From the human T2T-CHM13v2.0 reference genome, Homo sapiens, in the NCBI RefSeq assembly GCF_009914755.1, contig NC_060934.1: a DNA stretch of 64,000 bases; one strand, 5' to 3'. Below, in pieces: positions 21,701 to 34,800 of this stretch. The notes beneath the pieces are model-generated. The model made no database searches and was not told the DNA's origin. It saw only the letters and a program-made list of their open reading frames with translations. Positions within the stretch are counted from its first letter, which is position 1. Every line of letters starts with the position of its first letter. Position numbers and translations under genes: made by a program.

Positions 21701-24700
21701 AGCAGTTTGGAAACACTCTGTTTGTAAAGCCTGCAAGTGCTTTTTTGGACTTCATTGAGGCCTTCGTTGGAAACGGGATTTCTTCATATAATGCTAGACA
21801 GAAGAATTCTCAGTCACTTCTTTGTGTTGTGTGTATTCAAGTCACAGAGTTGAACCTTCTTTTAGACAGAGCAGTTTTGAAAAATTCTTTCTGTGGAATT
21901 TGCAATTGGAGATTTTAAGAGATTTGAGGCTAATCTTTGAAATGGAAATATCTTCGTGTAAAAACTACACAGAATCATTCTCAGAAACTGCTTTGTTATC
22001 TGTGCGTTCAGTTCACAGAGTTTCACCTTTCTCTTCATAGAGCAGTTTGGAAAGACTCTGTAAAGTCTGCAAGTGATTAGTTAGACCCCATTGAGGCCTT
22101 CGTTGGAAGCGGGATTTCTCATTTACTGCTAGACAGAAGAATTCTCAGTAAATCCTTTGTGTTGTGTGTATTCAACTCACAGAGTGGAACCTTCCTTTAT
22201 TCAGAGCAGTTTTGAAAAACACTTTTTGTGGAATTTGCAAGTGGAGATTTCAAGCGATTTGACGCCAATCTTAGACATGGAAATATCTTCATATTAAAAG
22301 TACACAGAGTCATTCGTAGAAACTAGTTTGTGATGTGTGCCTTCAACTCACAGAGTTTAACCTTTCTTTTCATAGAGCAGTTGGGAAACACTCTATTTGT
22401 AATGTCTGCAAGTGGATATTTGGACCTCTTTGAGGCCTTCGTTGGAAATGGGATTTCTTCATACAACACTAGACAGAAGAATTCTCAGTAACTTCTTTGT
22501 GTTGTGTGTATTCAACTCACAGAGTTGAACCTTTCTTTAGAGAGAGCAGAGTTGAAACACTCTGTTTTTGGAATTTGCAAGTGCAGATTTCAAGCGATTC
22601 TAGGCCTATGGCAGGAAAGGAAATATCTTCGTATAAAAACTACACAGAATCATTCTCAACAACTACTTTGTGATGTGTGCGTTCAACTCACAAAGTTTAA
22701 CCTTTCTTTTCATAGAGCAGTTTGGAAACACGCTGTTTGTAAAGCCTGCAAGTGCTTTTTTGGACTTCATTGAGGCCTTCGTTGGAAACGGGATTTCTTC
22801 ATATAATGCTAGACAGAAGAATTCTCAGTAAATCATTTGTGTTGCGTTTATTCAACTCACAGAGTGGAACCTTCCTTTATTCAGAGCAGTTTTGAAACAC
22901 TCTTTTTGTGGAATTTGCAAGTGGAGATTTCAAGCGATTTGACGCCAATCTTAGACATGGAAATATCTTCATATTAAAAGTACACAGAATCATTCGTAGA
23001 AACTAGTTTGTGATGTGTGCCTTCAACTCACAGAGTTTAACCTTTCTTTTCATAGAGCAGTTCGGAAACACTCTATTTGTAAAGTCTGCAAGTGGATATT
23101 TGGACCTCTTTGAGGCCATCGTTGGAAAAGGGATTTCTTCATATAACGCTAGACAGAAGAATTTTCAGTAACTTCTTTGTGTTGTGTGTATTCAACTCAC
23201 AGAGTTCAACTTTTCTTTAGAGAGAGCAGGGTTGAAACACTCTTTTTGTGGAATTTGCTAGTGCAGATTTCAAACGCTTCGAAGACAGTGATAGCAAAGG
23301 ATATATCTTCGTATTAAAACTAGACAAAATCATTCTCAGAAAACACTTTGTGATGTGTGTGTTCAACTCACAGAGTTTAACCTTTCTTTAATCGAGCAGT
23401 TTGGAAATACACTCTTTGTAAGTCTGCAGGTGGATAATTGGCCCTCTTTGAGCCCTTCGTTGGAAACGGGATTTCCTCATATAATGCTAGACAGAAGAAT
23501 TCTCAGTAACTTCTTTGTGTTGTTTGTATTCAACTCACAGATTTGAACCTTCCTTTAGAGAGAGCAGATTTGAAACACTCTGTTTTTGGAATTTGCAAGT
23601 GCAGATTTCAAGCGCTTCTAGGCCTATGGCAGAAAAGGAAATATCTTCGTATAAAAACTACACAGAATCATTCTCAACAACTACTTTGTGATGTGTGCGT
23701 TCAACTCCCAGAGTTTAACCTTTCTTTTCATAGAGCAGTTTGGAAACACTCTGTTTGTAAAGCCTGCAAGTGCTTTTTTGGACTTCATTGAGGCCTTCGT
23801 TGGAAACGGGATTTCTTCATATAATGCTAGACAGAAGAATTCTCAGTCACTTCTTTGTGTTGTGTGTATTCAAGTCACAGAGTTGAACCTTCTTTTAGAC
23901 AGAGCAGTTTTGAAAAATTCTTTCTGTGGAATTTGCAATTGGAGATTTTAAGAGATTTGAGGCTAATCTTTGAAATGGAAATATCTTCGTGTAAAAACTA
24001 CACAGAATCATTCTCAGAAACTGCTTTGTTATCTGTGCGTTCAGTTCACAGAGTTTCACCTTTCTCTTCATAGAGCAGTTTGGAAAGACTCTGTCTGTAA
24101 AGTCTGCAAGTGATTAGTTAGACCCCTTTGAGGCCTTCGTTGGAAGCGGGATTTCTCATTTACTGCTAGACAGAAGAATTCTCAGTAAATCCTTTGTGTT
24201 GTGTGTATTCAACTCACAGAGTGGAACCTTCCTTTATTCAGAGCAGTTTTGAAAAACACTTTTTGTGGAATTTGCAAGTGGAGATTTCAAGCGATTTGAT
24301 GCCAATCTTAGACATGGAAATATCTTCATATTAAAAGTACACAGAGTCATTCGTAGAAACTAGTTTGTGATGTGTGCCTTCAACTCACAGAGTTTAACCT
24401 TTCTTTTCATAGAGCAGTTGGGAAACACTCTATTTGTAAAGTCTGCAAGTGGATATTTGGACCTCTTTGAGGCCTTCGTTGGAAATGGGATTTCTTCATA
24501 CAACACTAGACAGAAGAATTCTCAGTAACTTCTTTGTGTTGTGTGTATTCAACTCACAGAGTTGAACCTTTCTTTAGAGAGAGCAGAGTTGAAACACTCT
24601 GTTTTTGGAATTTGCAAGTGCAGATTTCAAGCGATTCTAGGCCTATGGCAGGAAAGGAAATATCTTCGTATAAAAACTACACAGAATCATTCTCAACAAC

Positions 24701-27700
24701 TACTTTGTGATGTGTGCGTTCAACTCACAAAGTTTAACCTTTCTTTTCATAGAGCAGTTTGGAAACACGCTGTTTGTAAAGCCTGCAAGTGCTTTTTTGG
24801 ACTTCATTGAGGCCTTCGTTGGAAACGAGATTTCTTCATATAATGCTAGACAGAAGAATTCTCAGTAAATCATTTGTGTTGCGTTTATTCAACTCACAGA
24901 GTGGAACCTTCCTTTATTCAGAGCAGTTTTGAAACACTCTTTTTGTGGAATTTGCAAGTGGAGATTTCAAGCGATTTGACGCCAATCTTAGACATGGAAA
25001 TATCTTCATATTAAAAGTACACAGAATCATTCGTAGAAACTAGTTTGTGATGTGTGCCTTCAACTCACAGAGTTTAACCTTTCTTTTCATAGAGCAGTTC
25101 GGAAACACTCTATTTGTAAAGTCTGCAAGTGGATATTTGGACCTCTTTGAGGCCATCGTTGGAAAAGGGATTTCTTCATATAACGCTAGACAGAAGAATT
25201 TTCAGTAACTTCTTTGTGTTGTGTGTATTCAACTCACAGAGTTCAACTTTTCTTTAGAGAGAGCAGAGTTGAAACACTCTTTTTGTGGAATTTGCTAGTG
25301 CAGATTTCAAACGCTTCGAAGACAGTGATAGCAAAGGATATATCTTCGTATTAAAACTAGACAAAATCATTCTCAGAAAACACTTTGTGATGTGTGTGTT
25401 CAACTCACAGAGTTTAACCTTTCTTTAATCGAGCAGTTTGGAAATACACTCTTTGTAAGTCTGCAGGTGGATAATTGGCCCTCTTTGAGCCCTTCGTTGG
25501 AAACGGGATTTCCTCATATAATGCTAGACAGAAGAATTCTCAGTAACTTCTTTGTGTTGTTTGTATTCAACTCACAGATTTGAACCTTCCTTTAGAGAGA
25601 GCAGATTTGAAACACTCTGTTTTTGGAATTTGCAAGTGCAGATTTCAAGCGCTTCTAGGCCTATGGCAGAAAAGGAAATATCTTCGTATAAAAACTACAC
25701 AGAATCATTCTCAACAACTACTTTGTGATGTGTGCGTTCAACTCCCAGAGTTTAACCTTTCTTTTCATAGAGCAGTTTGGAAACACTCTGTTTGTAAAGC
25801 CTGCAAGTGCTTTTTTGGACTTCATTGAGGCCTTCGTTGGAAACGGGATTTCTTCATATAATGCTAGACAGAAGAATTCTCAGTCACTTCTTTGTGTTGT
25901 GTGTATTCAAGTCACAGAGTTGAACCTTCTTTTAGACAGAGCAGTTTTGAAAAATTCTTTCTGTGGAATTTGCAATTGGAGATTTTAAGAGATTTGAGGC
26001 TAATCTTTGAAATGGAAATATCTTCGTGTAAAAACTACACAGAATCATTCTCAGAAACTGCTTTGTTATCTGTGCGTTCAGTTCACAGAGTTTCACCTTT
26101 CTCTTCATAGAGCAGTTTGGAAAGACTCTGTCTGTAAAGTCTGCAAGTGATTAGTTAGACCCCTTTGAGGCCTTCGTTGGAAGCGGGATTTCTCATTTAC
26201 TGCTAGACAGAAGAATTCTCAGTAAATCCTTTGTGTTGTGTGTATTCAACTCACAGAGTGGAACCTTCCTTTATTCAGAGCAGTTTTGAAAAACACTTTT
26301 TGTGGAATTTGCAAGTGGAGATTTCAAGCGATTTGATGCCAATCTTAGACATGGAAATATCTTCATATTAAAAGTACACAGAGTCATTCGTAGAAACTAG
26401 TTTGTGATGTGTGCCTTCAACTCACAGAGTTTAACCTTTCTTTTCATAGAGCAGTTGGGAAACACTCTATTTGTAAAGTCTGCAAGTGGATATTTGGACC
26501 TCTTTGAGGCCTTCGTTGGAAATGGGATTTCTTCATACAACACTAGACAGAAGAATTCTCAGTAACTTCTTTGTGTTGTGTGTATTCAACTCACAGAGTT
26601 GAACCTTTCTTTAGAGAGAGCAGAGTTGAAACACTCTGTTTTTGGAATTTGCAAGTGCAGATTTCAAGCGATTCTAGGCCTATGGCAGGAAAGGAAATAT
26701 CTTCGTATAAAAACTACACAGAATCATTCTCAACAACTACTTTGTGATGTGTGCGTTCAACTCACAAAGTTTAACCTTTCTTTTCATAGAGCAGTTTGGA
26801 AACACGCTGTTTGTAAAGCCTGCAAGTGCTTTTTTGGACTTCATTGAGGCCTTCGTTGGAAACGGGATTTCTTCATATAATGCTAGACAGAAGAATTCTC
26901 AGTAAATCATTTGTGTTGCGTTTATTCAACTCACAGAGTGGAACCTTCCTTTATTCAGAGCAGTTTTGAAACACTCTTTTTGTGGAATTTGCAAGTGGAG
27001 ATTTCAAGCGATTTGACGCCAATCTTAGACATGGAAATATCTTCATATTAAAAGTACACAGAATCATTCGTAGAAACTAGTTTGTGATGTGTGCCTTCAA
27101 CTCACAGAGTTTAACCTTTCTTTTCATAGAGCAGTTCGGAAACACTCTATTTGTAAAGTCTGCAAGTGGATATTTGGACCTCTTTGAGGCCATCGTTGGA
27201 AAAGGGATTTCTTCATATAACGCTAGACAGAAGAATTTTCAGTAACTTCTTTGTGTTGTGTGTATTCAACTCACAGAGTTCAACTTTTCTTTAGAGAGAG
27301 CAGAGTTGAAACACTCTTTTTGTGGAATTTGCTAGTGCAGATTTCAAACGCTTCGAAGACAGTGATAGCAAAGGATATATCTTCGTATTAAAACTAGACA
27401 AAATCATTCTCAGAAAACACTTTGTGATGTGTGTGTTCAACTCACAGAGTTTAACCTTTCTTTAATCGAGCAGTTTGGAAATACACTCTTTGTAAGTCTG
27501 CAGGTGGATAATTGGCCCTCTTTGAGCCCTTCGTTGGAAACGGGATTTCCTCATATAATGCTAGACAGAAGAATTCTCAGTAACTTCTTTGTGTTGTTTG
27601 TATTCAACTCACAGATTTGAACCTTCCTTTAGAGAGAGCAGATTTGAAACACTCTGTTTTTGGAATTTGCAAGTGCAGATTTCAAGCGCTTCTAGGCCTA

Positions 27701-28869
27701 TGGCAGAAAAGGAAATATCTTCGTATAAAAACTACACAGAATCATTCTCAACAACTACTTTGTGATGTGTGCGTTCAACTCCCAGAGTTTAACCTTTCTT
27801 TTCATAGAGCAGTTTGGAAACACTCTGTTTGTAAAGCCTGCAAGTGCTTTTTTGGACTTCATTGAGGCCTTCGTTGGAAACGGGATTTCTTCATATAATG
27901 CTAGACAGAAGAATTCTCAGTCACTTCTTTGTGTTGTGTGTATTCAAGTCACAGAGTTGAACCTTCCTTTAGACAGAGTAGTTTTGAAAAATTCTTTCTG
28001 TGGAGTTTGCAAGTGGAGATTTCAAGCGATTTGAGGCTAATCTTTGAAATGGAAATATCTTCGTGTAAAAACTATACAGAAGCATTCTCAGAAACTGCTT
28101 TGTCATCTGTGCGTTCAGTTCACAGAGTTTCACCTTTCTCTTCATAGAGCAGTTTGGAAAGACTCTGTCTTTAAAGTCTGCAAGTGATTAGTTAGACCCC
28201 TTTGAGGCCTTCGTTGGAAGCGGGACTTCTCATTTACTGCTAGACAGAAGAATTCTCAGTAAATCCTTTGTGTTGTGTGTATTCAACTCACAGAGTGGAA
28301 CCTTCCTTTATTCAGAGCAGTTTTGAAAAACACTTTTAGTGGAATTTGCAAGTGGAGATTTCAAGCGATTTGACGCCAATCTTAGACATGGAAATATCTT
28401 CATATTAAAAGTACACAGAGTCATTCGTAGAAACTAGTTTGTGATGTGTGCCTTCAACTCACAGTTTAACCTTTCTTTTCATAGAGCAGTTGGGAAACAC
28501 TCTATTTGTAAAGTCTGCAAGTGGATATTTGGACCTCTTTGAGACCTTCGTTGGAAACGGGATTTCTTCATATAACGCTAGACAGAAGAATTCTCAGTAA
28601 CTTCTTTGTGTTGCGTGTATTCAACTCACCGAGTTGAACCTTTCTTTAGAGATAGCAGAGTTGAAACACTCTTCTTGTGGAATTTGCTAGTGTAGATTTC
28701 AAACGCTTCGAAGACAGTGATAGAAAAGGATATATCTTCGTATTAAAACTAGACAAAATCATTCTCTGAAAACACTTTGTGATGTGTGTGTTCAACTCAC
28801 AGAGTTTAACCTTTCTTTAATCGAGCAGTTTGGAAATACACTCTTTGTAAGTCTGCAGGTGTATAATTG

Positions 28870-31800
28870 GCCCTCTTTGAGCCCTTCGTTGGAAACGGGA
28901 TTTCCTCATATAATGCTAGACAGAAGAATTCTCAGTAACTTCTTTGTGTTGTTTGTATTCAACTCACAGATTTGAACCTTCCTTTAGAGAGAGCAGATTT
29001 GAAACACTCTGTTTTTGGAATTTGCAAGTGCAGATTTCAAGCGCTTCTAGGCCTATGGCAGAAAAGGAAATATCTTCGTATAAAAACTACACAGAATCAT
29101 TCTCAACAACTACTTTGTGATGTGTGCGTTCAACTCCCAGAGTTTAACCTTTCTTTTCATAGAGCAGTTTGGAAACACTCTGTTTGTAAAGCCTGCAAGT
29201 GCTTTTTTGGACTTCATTGAGGCCTTCGTTGGAAACGGGATTTCTTCATATAATGCTAGACAGAAGAATTCTCAGTCACTTCTTTGTGTTGTGTGTATTC
29301 AAGTCACAGAGTTGAACCTTCCTTTAGACAGAGTAGTTTTGAAAAATTCTTTCTGTGGAGTTTGCAAGTGGAGATTTCAAGCGATTTGAGGCTAATCTTT
29401 GAAATGGAAATATCTTCGTGTAAAAACTATACAGAAGCATTCTCAGAAACTGCTTTGTCATCTGTGCGTTCAGTTCACAGAGTTTCACCTTTCTCTTCAT
29501 AGAGCAGTTTGGAAAGACTCTGTCTTTAAAGTCTGCAAGTGATTAGTTAGACCCCTTTGAGGCCTTCGTTGGAAGCGGGACTTCTCATTTACTGCTAGAC
29601 AGAAGAATTCTCAGTAAATCCTTTGTGTTGTGTGTATTCAACTCACAGAGTGGAACCTTCCTTTATTCAGAGCAGTTTTGAAAAACACTTTTAGTGGAAT
29701 TTGCAAGTGGAGATTTCAAGCGATTTGACGCCAATCTTAGACATGGAAATATCTTCATATTAAAAGTACACAGAGTCATTCGTAGAAACTAGTTTGTGAT
29801 GTGTGCCTTCAACTCACAGTTTAACCTTTCTTTTCATAGAGCAGTTGGGAAACACTCTATTTGTAAAGTCTGCAAGTGGATATTTGGACCTCTTTGAGAC
29901 CTTCGTTGGAAACGGGATTTCTTCATATAACGCTAGACAGAAGAATTCTCAGTAACTTCTTTGTGTTGCGTGTATTCAACTCACCGAGTTGAACCTTTCT
30001 TTAGAGATAGCAGAGTTGAAACACTCTTCTTGTGGAATTTGCTAGTGTAGATTTCAAACGCTTCGAAGACAGTGATAGAAAAGGATATATCTTCGTATTA
30101 AAACTAGACAAAATCATTCTCTGAAAACACTTTGTGATGTGTGTGTTCAACTCACAGAGTTTAACCTTTCTTTAATCGAGCAGTTTGGAAATACACTCTT
30201 TGTAAGTCTGCAGGTGTATAATTGGCCCTCTTTGAGCCCTTCGTTGGAAACGGGATTTCCTCATATAATGCTAGACAGAAGAATTCTCAGTAACTTCTTT
30301 GTGTTGTTTGTATTCAACTCACAGATTTGAACCTTCCTTTAGAGAGAGCAGATTTGAAACACTCTGTTTTTGGAATTTGCAAGTGCAGATTTCAAGCGCT
30401 TCTAGGCCTATGGCAGAAAAGGAAATATCTTCGTATAAAAACTACACAGAATCATTCTCAACAACTACTTTGTGATGTGTGCGTTCAACTCACAGAGTTT
30501 AACCTTTCTTTTCATAGAGCAGTTTGGAAACACTCTGTTTGTAAAGCCTGCAAGTGCTTTTTTGGACTTCATTGAGGCCTTCGTTGGAAACGGGATTTCT
30601 TCATATAATGCTAGACAGTAGAATTCTCAGTCACTTCTTTGTGTTGTGTGTATTCAAGTCACAGAGTTGAACCTTCTTTTAGACAGAGCAGTTTTGAAAA
30701 ATTCTTTCTGTGGAATTTGCAAGTGGAGATTTCAAGCGATTTGAGGCTAATCTTTGAAATGGAAATATCTTCGTGTCAAAACTACACAGAATCATTCTCA
30801 GAAACTGCTTTGTTATCTGTGTGTTCAGTTCACAGAGTTTCACCTTTCTCTTCATAGAGCAGTTTGGAAAGACTCTGTCTGTAAAGTCTGCAAGTGATTA
30901 GTTAGACCCCTTTGAGGCCTTCGTTGGAAGCGGGATTTCTCATTTACTGCTAGACAGAAGAATTCTCAGTAAATCCTTTGTGTTGTGTGTATTCAACTCA
31001 CAGAGTGGAACCTTCCTTTATTCAGAGCAGTTTTGAAAAACACTTTTTGTGGAATTTGCAAGTGGAGATTTCAAGCGATTTGACGCCAATCTTAGACATG
31101 GAAAAATCTTCATATTAAAAGTACACAGAGTCATTCGTAGAAACTAGTTTGTGATGTGTGCCTTCAACTCACAGAGTTTAACTTTTCTTTTCATAGAGCA
31201 GTTTGGAAACACTCTGTTTGTAAAGTCTGCAAGTGGATATTTGGACCTCTTTGAGGCCTTCGTTGGAAACGGGATTTCTTCATACAACGCTAGACAGAAG
31301 AATTCTCAGTAACTTCTTTGTGTTGTGTGTATTCAACTCACAGAGTTGAACCTTTCTTTAGAGAGAGCAGAGTTGAAACACTCTGTTTTTGGAATTTGCA
31401 AGTGCAGATTTCAAGCCATTCTAGGCCTATGGCAGAAAAGGAAATATCTTCGTATAAAAACTACACAGAATCATTCTCAACAACTACTTTGTGATGTGTG
31501 CGTTCAACTCACAAAGTTTAACCTTTCTTTTCATAGAGAAGTTTGGAAACACTCTGTTTGTAAAGCCTGCAAGTGCTTTTTTGGACTTCATTGAGGCCTT
31601 CGTTGGAAACGGGATTTCTTCATATAATGCTAGACAGAAGAATTCTCAGTAAGTCCTTTGTGTTGTGTTTATTCAACTCACAGAGTGGAACCTTCCTTTA
31701 TTCAGAGCAGTTTTGAAACACTCTTTTTGTGGAATTTGCAAGTGGAGATTTCAAGCGATTTGACGCCAATCTTAGACATGGAAATATCTTCATATTAAAA

Positions 31801-34800
31801 GTACACAGAATCATTCGTAGAAACTAGTTTGTGTTGTGTGCCTTCAACTCACAGAGTTTAACCTTTCTTTTCATAGAGCAGTTCGGAAACATTCTATTTG
31901 TAAAGTCTGCAAGTGGATATTTGGAACTCTTTGAGGCCTTCGTTGGAAAAGGGATTTCTTCATATAACGCTAGACAGAAGAATTCTCAGTAACTTCTTTG
32001 TGTTGTGTGTATTCAACTCACAGAGTTGAACCTTTCTTTAGAGAGAGCAGAGTTGAAACACTCTTTTTGTGGAATTTGCTAGTGCAGATTTCAAACGCTT
32101 CGAAGACAGTGATAGAAAAGGATATATCTTCGTATTAAAACTAGACAAAATCATTCTCAGAAAACACTTTGTGATGTGTGTGTTCAACTCACACAGTTTA
32201 ACCTTTCTTTAATCGAGCAGTTTGGAAATACACTCTTTGTAAGTCTGCAGGTGGATAATTGGCCCTCTTTGAGCCCTTCATTGGAAACGGGATTTCCTCA
32301 TATAATGCTAGACAGAAGAATTCTCAGTAACTTCTTTGTGTTGTTTGTATTCAACTCACAGATTTGAACCTTCCTTTAGAGAGAGCAGATTTGAAACACT
32401 CTGTTTTTGGAATTTGCAAGTGCAGATTTCAAGCGCTTCTAGGCCTATGGCAGAAAAGGAAATATCTTCGTATAAAAACTACACAGAATCATTCTCAACA
32501 ACTACTTTGTGATGTGTGCGTTCAACTCACAGAGTTTAACCTTTCTTTTCATAGAGCAGTTTGGAAACACTCTGTTTGTAAAGCCTGCAAGTGCTTTTTT
32601 GGACTTCATTGAGGCCTTCGTTGGAAACGGGATTTCTTCATATAATGCTAGACAGAAGAATTCTCAGTCACTTCTTTGTGTTGTGTGTATTCAAGTCACA
32701 GAGTTGAACCTTCCTTTAGACAGAGCAGTTTTGAAAAATTCTTTCTGTGGAATTTGCAAGTGGAGATTTCAAGCGATTTGAGGCTAATCTTTGAAATGGA
32801 AATATCTTCGTGTAAAAACTACACAGAATCATTCTCAGAAACTGCTTTGTCATCTGTGCGTTCAGTTCACAGAGTTTCACCTTTCTCTTCATACAGCAGT
32901 TTGGAAAGACTCTGTCTGTAAAGTCTGCAAGTGATTAGTTAGACCCCTTTGAGGCCTTCGTTGGAAGCGGGATTTCTCATTTACTGCTAGACAGAAGAAT
33001 TCTCAGTAAATCCTTTGTGTTGTGTGTATTCAACTCACAGAGTGGAACCTTCCTTTATTCAGAGCAGTTTTCAAACACTCTTTTTGTGGAATTTGCAAGT
33101 GGAGATTTCAAGCGATTTGACGCCAATCTTAGACATGGAAATATCTTCATATTAAAAGTACACAGAGTCATTCGTAGAAACTAGTTTGTGATGTGTGCCT
33201 TCAACTCACAGAGTTTAACCTTTCTTTTCATAGAGCAGTTGGGAAACACTCTATTTGTAAAGTCTGCAAGTGGATATTTGGACCTCTTTGAGGCCTTCGT
33301 TGGAAACGGGATTTCTTCATATAACGCTAGACAGAAGAATTCTCAGTAACTTCTTTGTGTTGTGTGTATTCAACTCACAGAGTTGAACCTTTCTTTAGAG
33401 GGAGCAGAGGTGAAACAGTCTTTTTGTGGAATTTGCCAGTGTAGATTTCAAACGCTTCGAAGTCAGTGATAGAAAAGGATATATCTTCGTATTAAAAGTA
33501 GACAAATTCATTCTCAGAAAACTCTTTGTGATGTGTGTGTTCAACTCACAGAGTTTAACCTTTCTTTAATCGAGCAGTTTGGAAATACACTCTTTGTAAG
33601 TCTGCAGGTGGATATTTGGCCCTCTTTGAGCCCTTCTTTGGAAACGGGATTTCCTCTTATAATGCTAGACAGAAGAATTCTCAGTAACTTCTCTGTGTTG
33701 TTTGTATTCAACACACAGATTTGAACCTTCCTTTAGAGAGAGCAGATTTGAAACACTCTGTTTTTGGAATTTGCAAGTGCAGATTTCAAGCACTTCTAGG
33801 CCTATGGCAGAAAAGGAAATATCTTCGTATAAAAACTACACAGAATCATTCTCAACAACTACTTTGTGATGTGTGCGTTCAACTCACAGAGTTTAACCTT
33901 TCTTTTCGTAGAGCAGTTTGGAAACACTCTGTTTGTAAAGCCTGCAAGTGCTTTTTTGGACTTCATTGAGGCCTTCGTTGGAAACGGGATTTCTTCATAC
34001 AACGCTAGACAGAAGAATTCTCAGTTACTTCTTTGTGTTGTGTGTATTCAACTCACAGAGTTGAACCTTTCTTTAGAGAGAGCAGAGTTGAAACACTCTG
34101 TTTTTGGAATTTGCAAGTGCAGATTTCAAGCGCTTCTAGGCCTATGGCAGAAAAGGAAATATCTTCGTATAAAAACTACACAGAATCATTCTCAACAACT
34201 ACTTTGTGATGTGTGCGTTCAACTCACAGAGTTTAAACTTTCTTTTCATAGAGCAGTTTGGAAACACTCTGTTTGTAAAGCCTGCAAGTGCTTTTTTGGA
34301 CTTCATTGAGGCCTTCGTTGGAAACGGGATTTCTTCATATAATGCTAGACAGAAGAATTCTCAGTCACTTCTTTGTGTTGTGTGTATTCAAGTCACAGAG
34401 TTGAACCTTCTTTTAGACAGAGCAGTTTTGAAAAATTCTTTCTGTGGAATTTGCAATTGGAGATTTTAAGAGATTTGAGGCTAATCTTTGAAATGGAAAT
34501 ATCTTCGTGTAAAAACTACACAGAATCATTCTCAGAAACTGCTTTGTTATCTGTGCGTTCAGTTCACAGAGTTTCACCTTTCTCTTCATAGAGCAGTTTG
34601 GAAAGACTCTGTCTGTAAAGTCTGCAAGTGATTAGTTAGACCCCATTGAGGCCTTCGTTGGAAGCGGGATTTCTCATTTACTGCTAGACAGAAGAATTCT
34701 CAGTAAATCATTTGTGTTGCGTTTATTCAACTCACAGTGTGGAACCTTCCTTTATTCAGAGCAGTTTTGAAACACTCTTTTTGTGGAATTTGCAAGTGGA

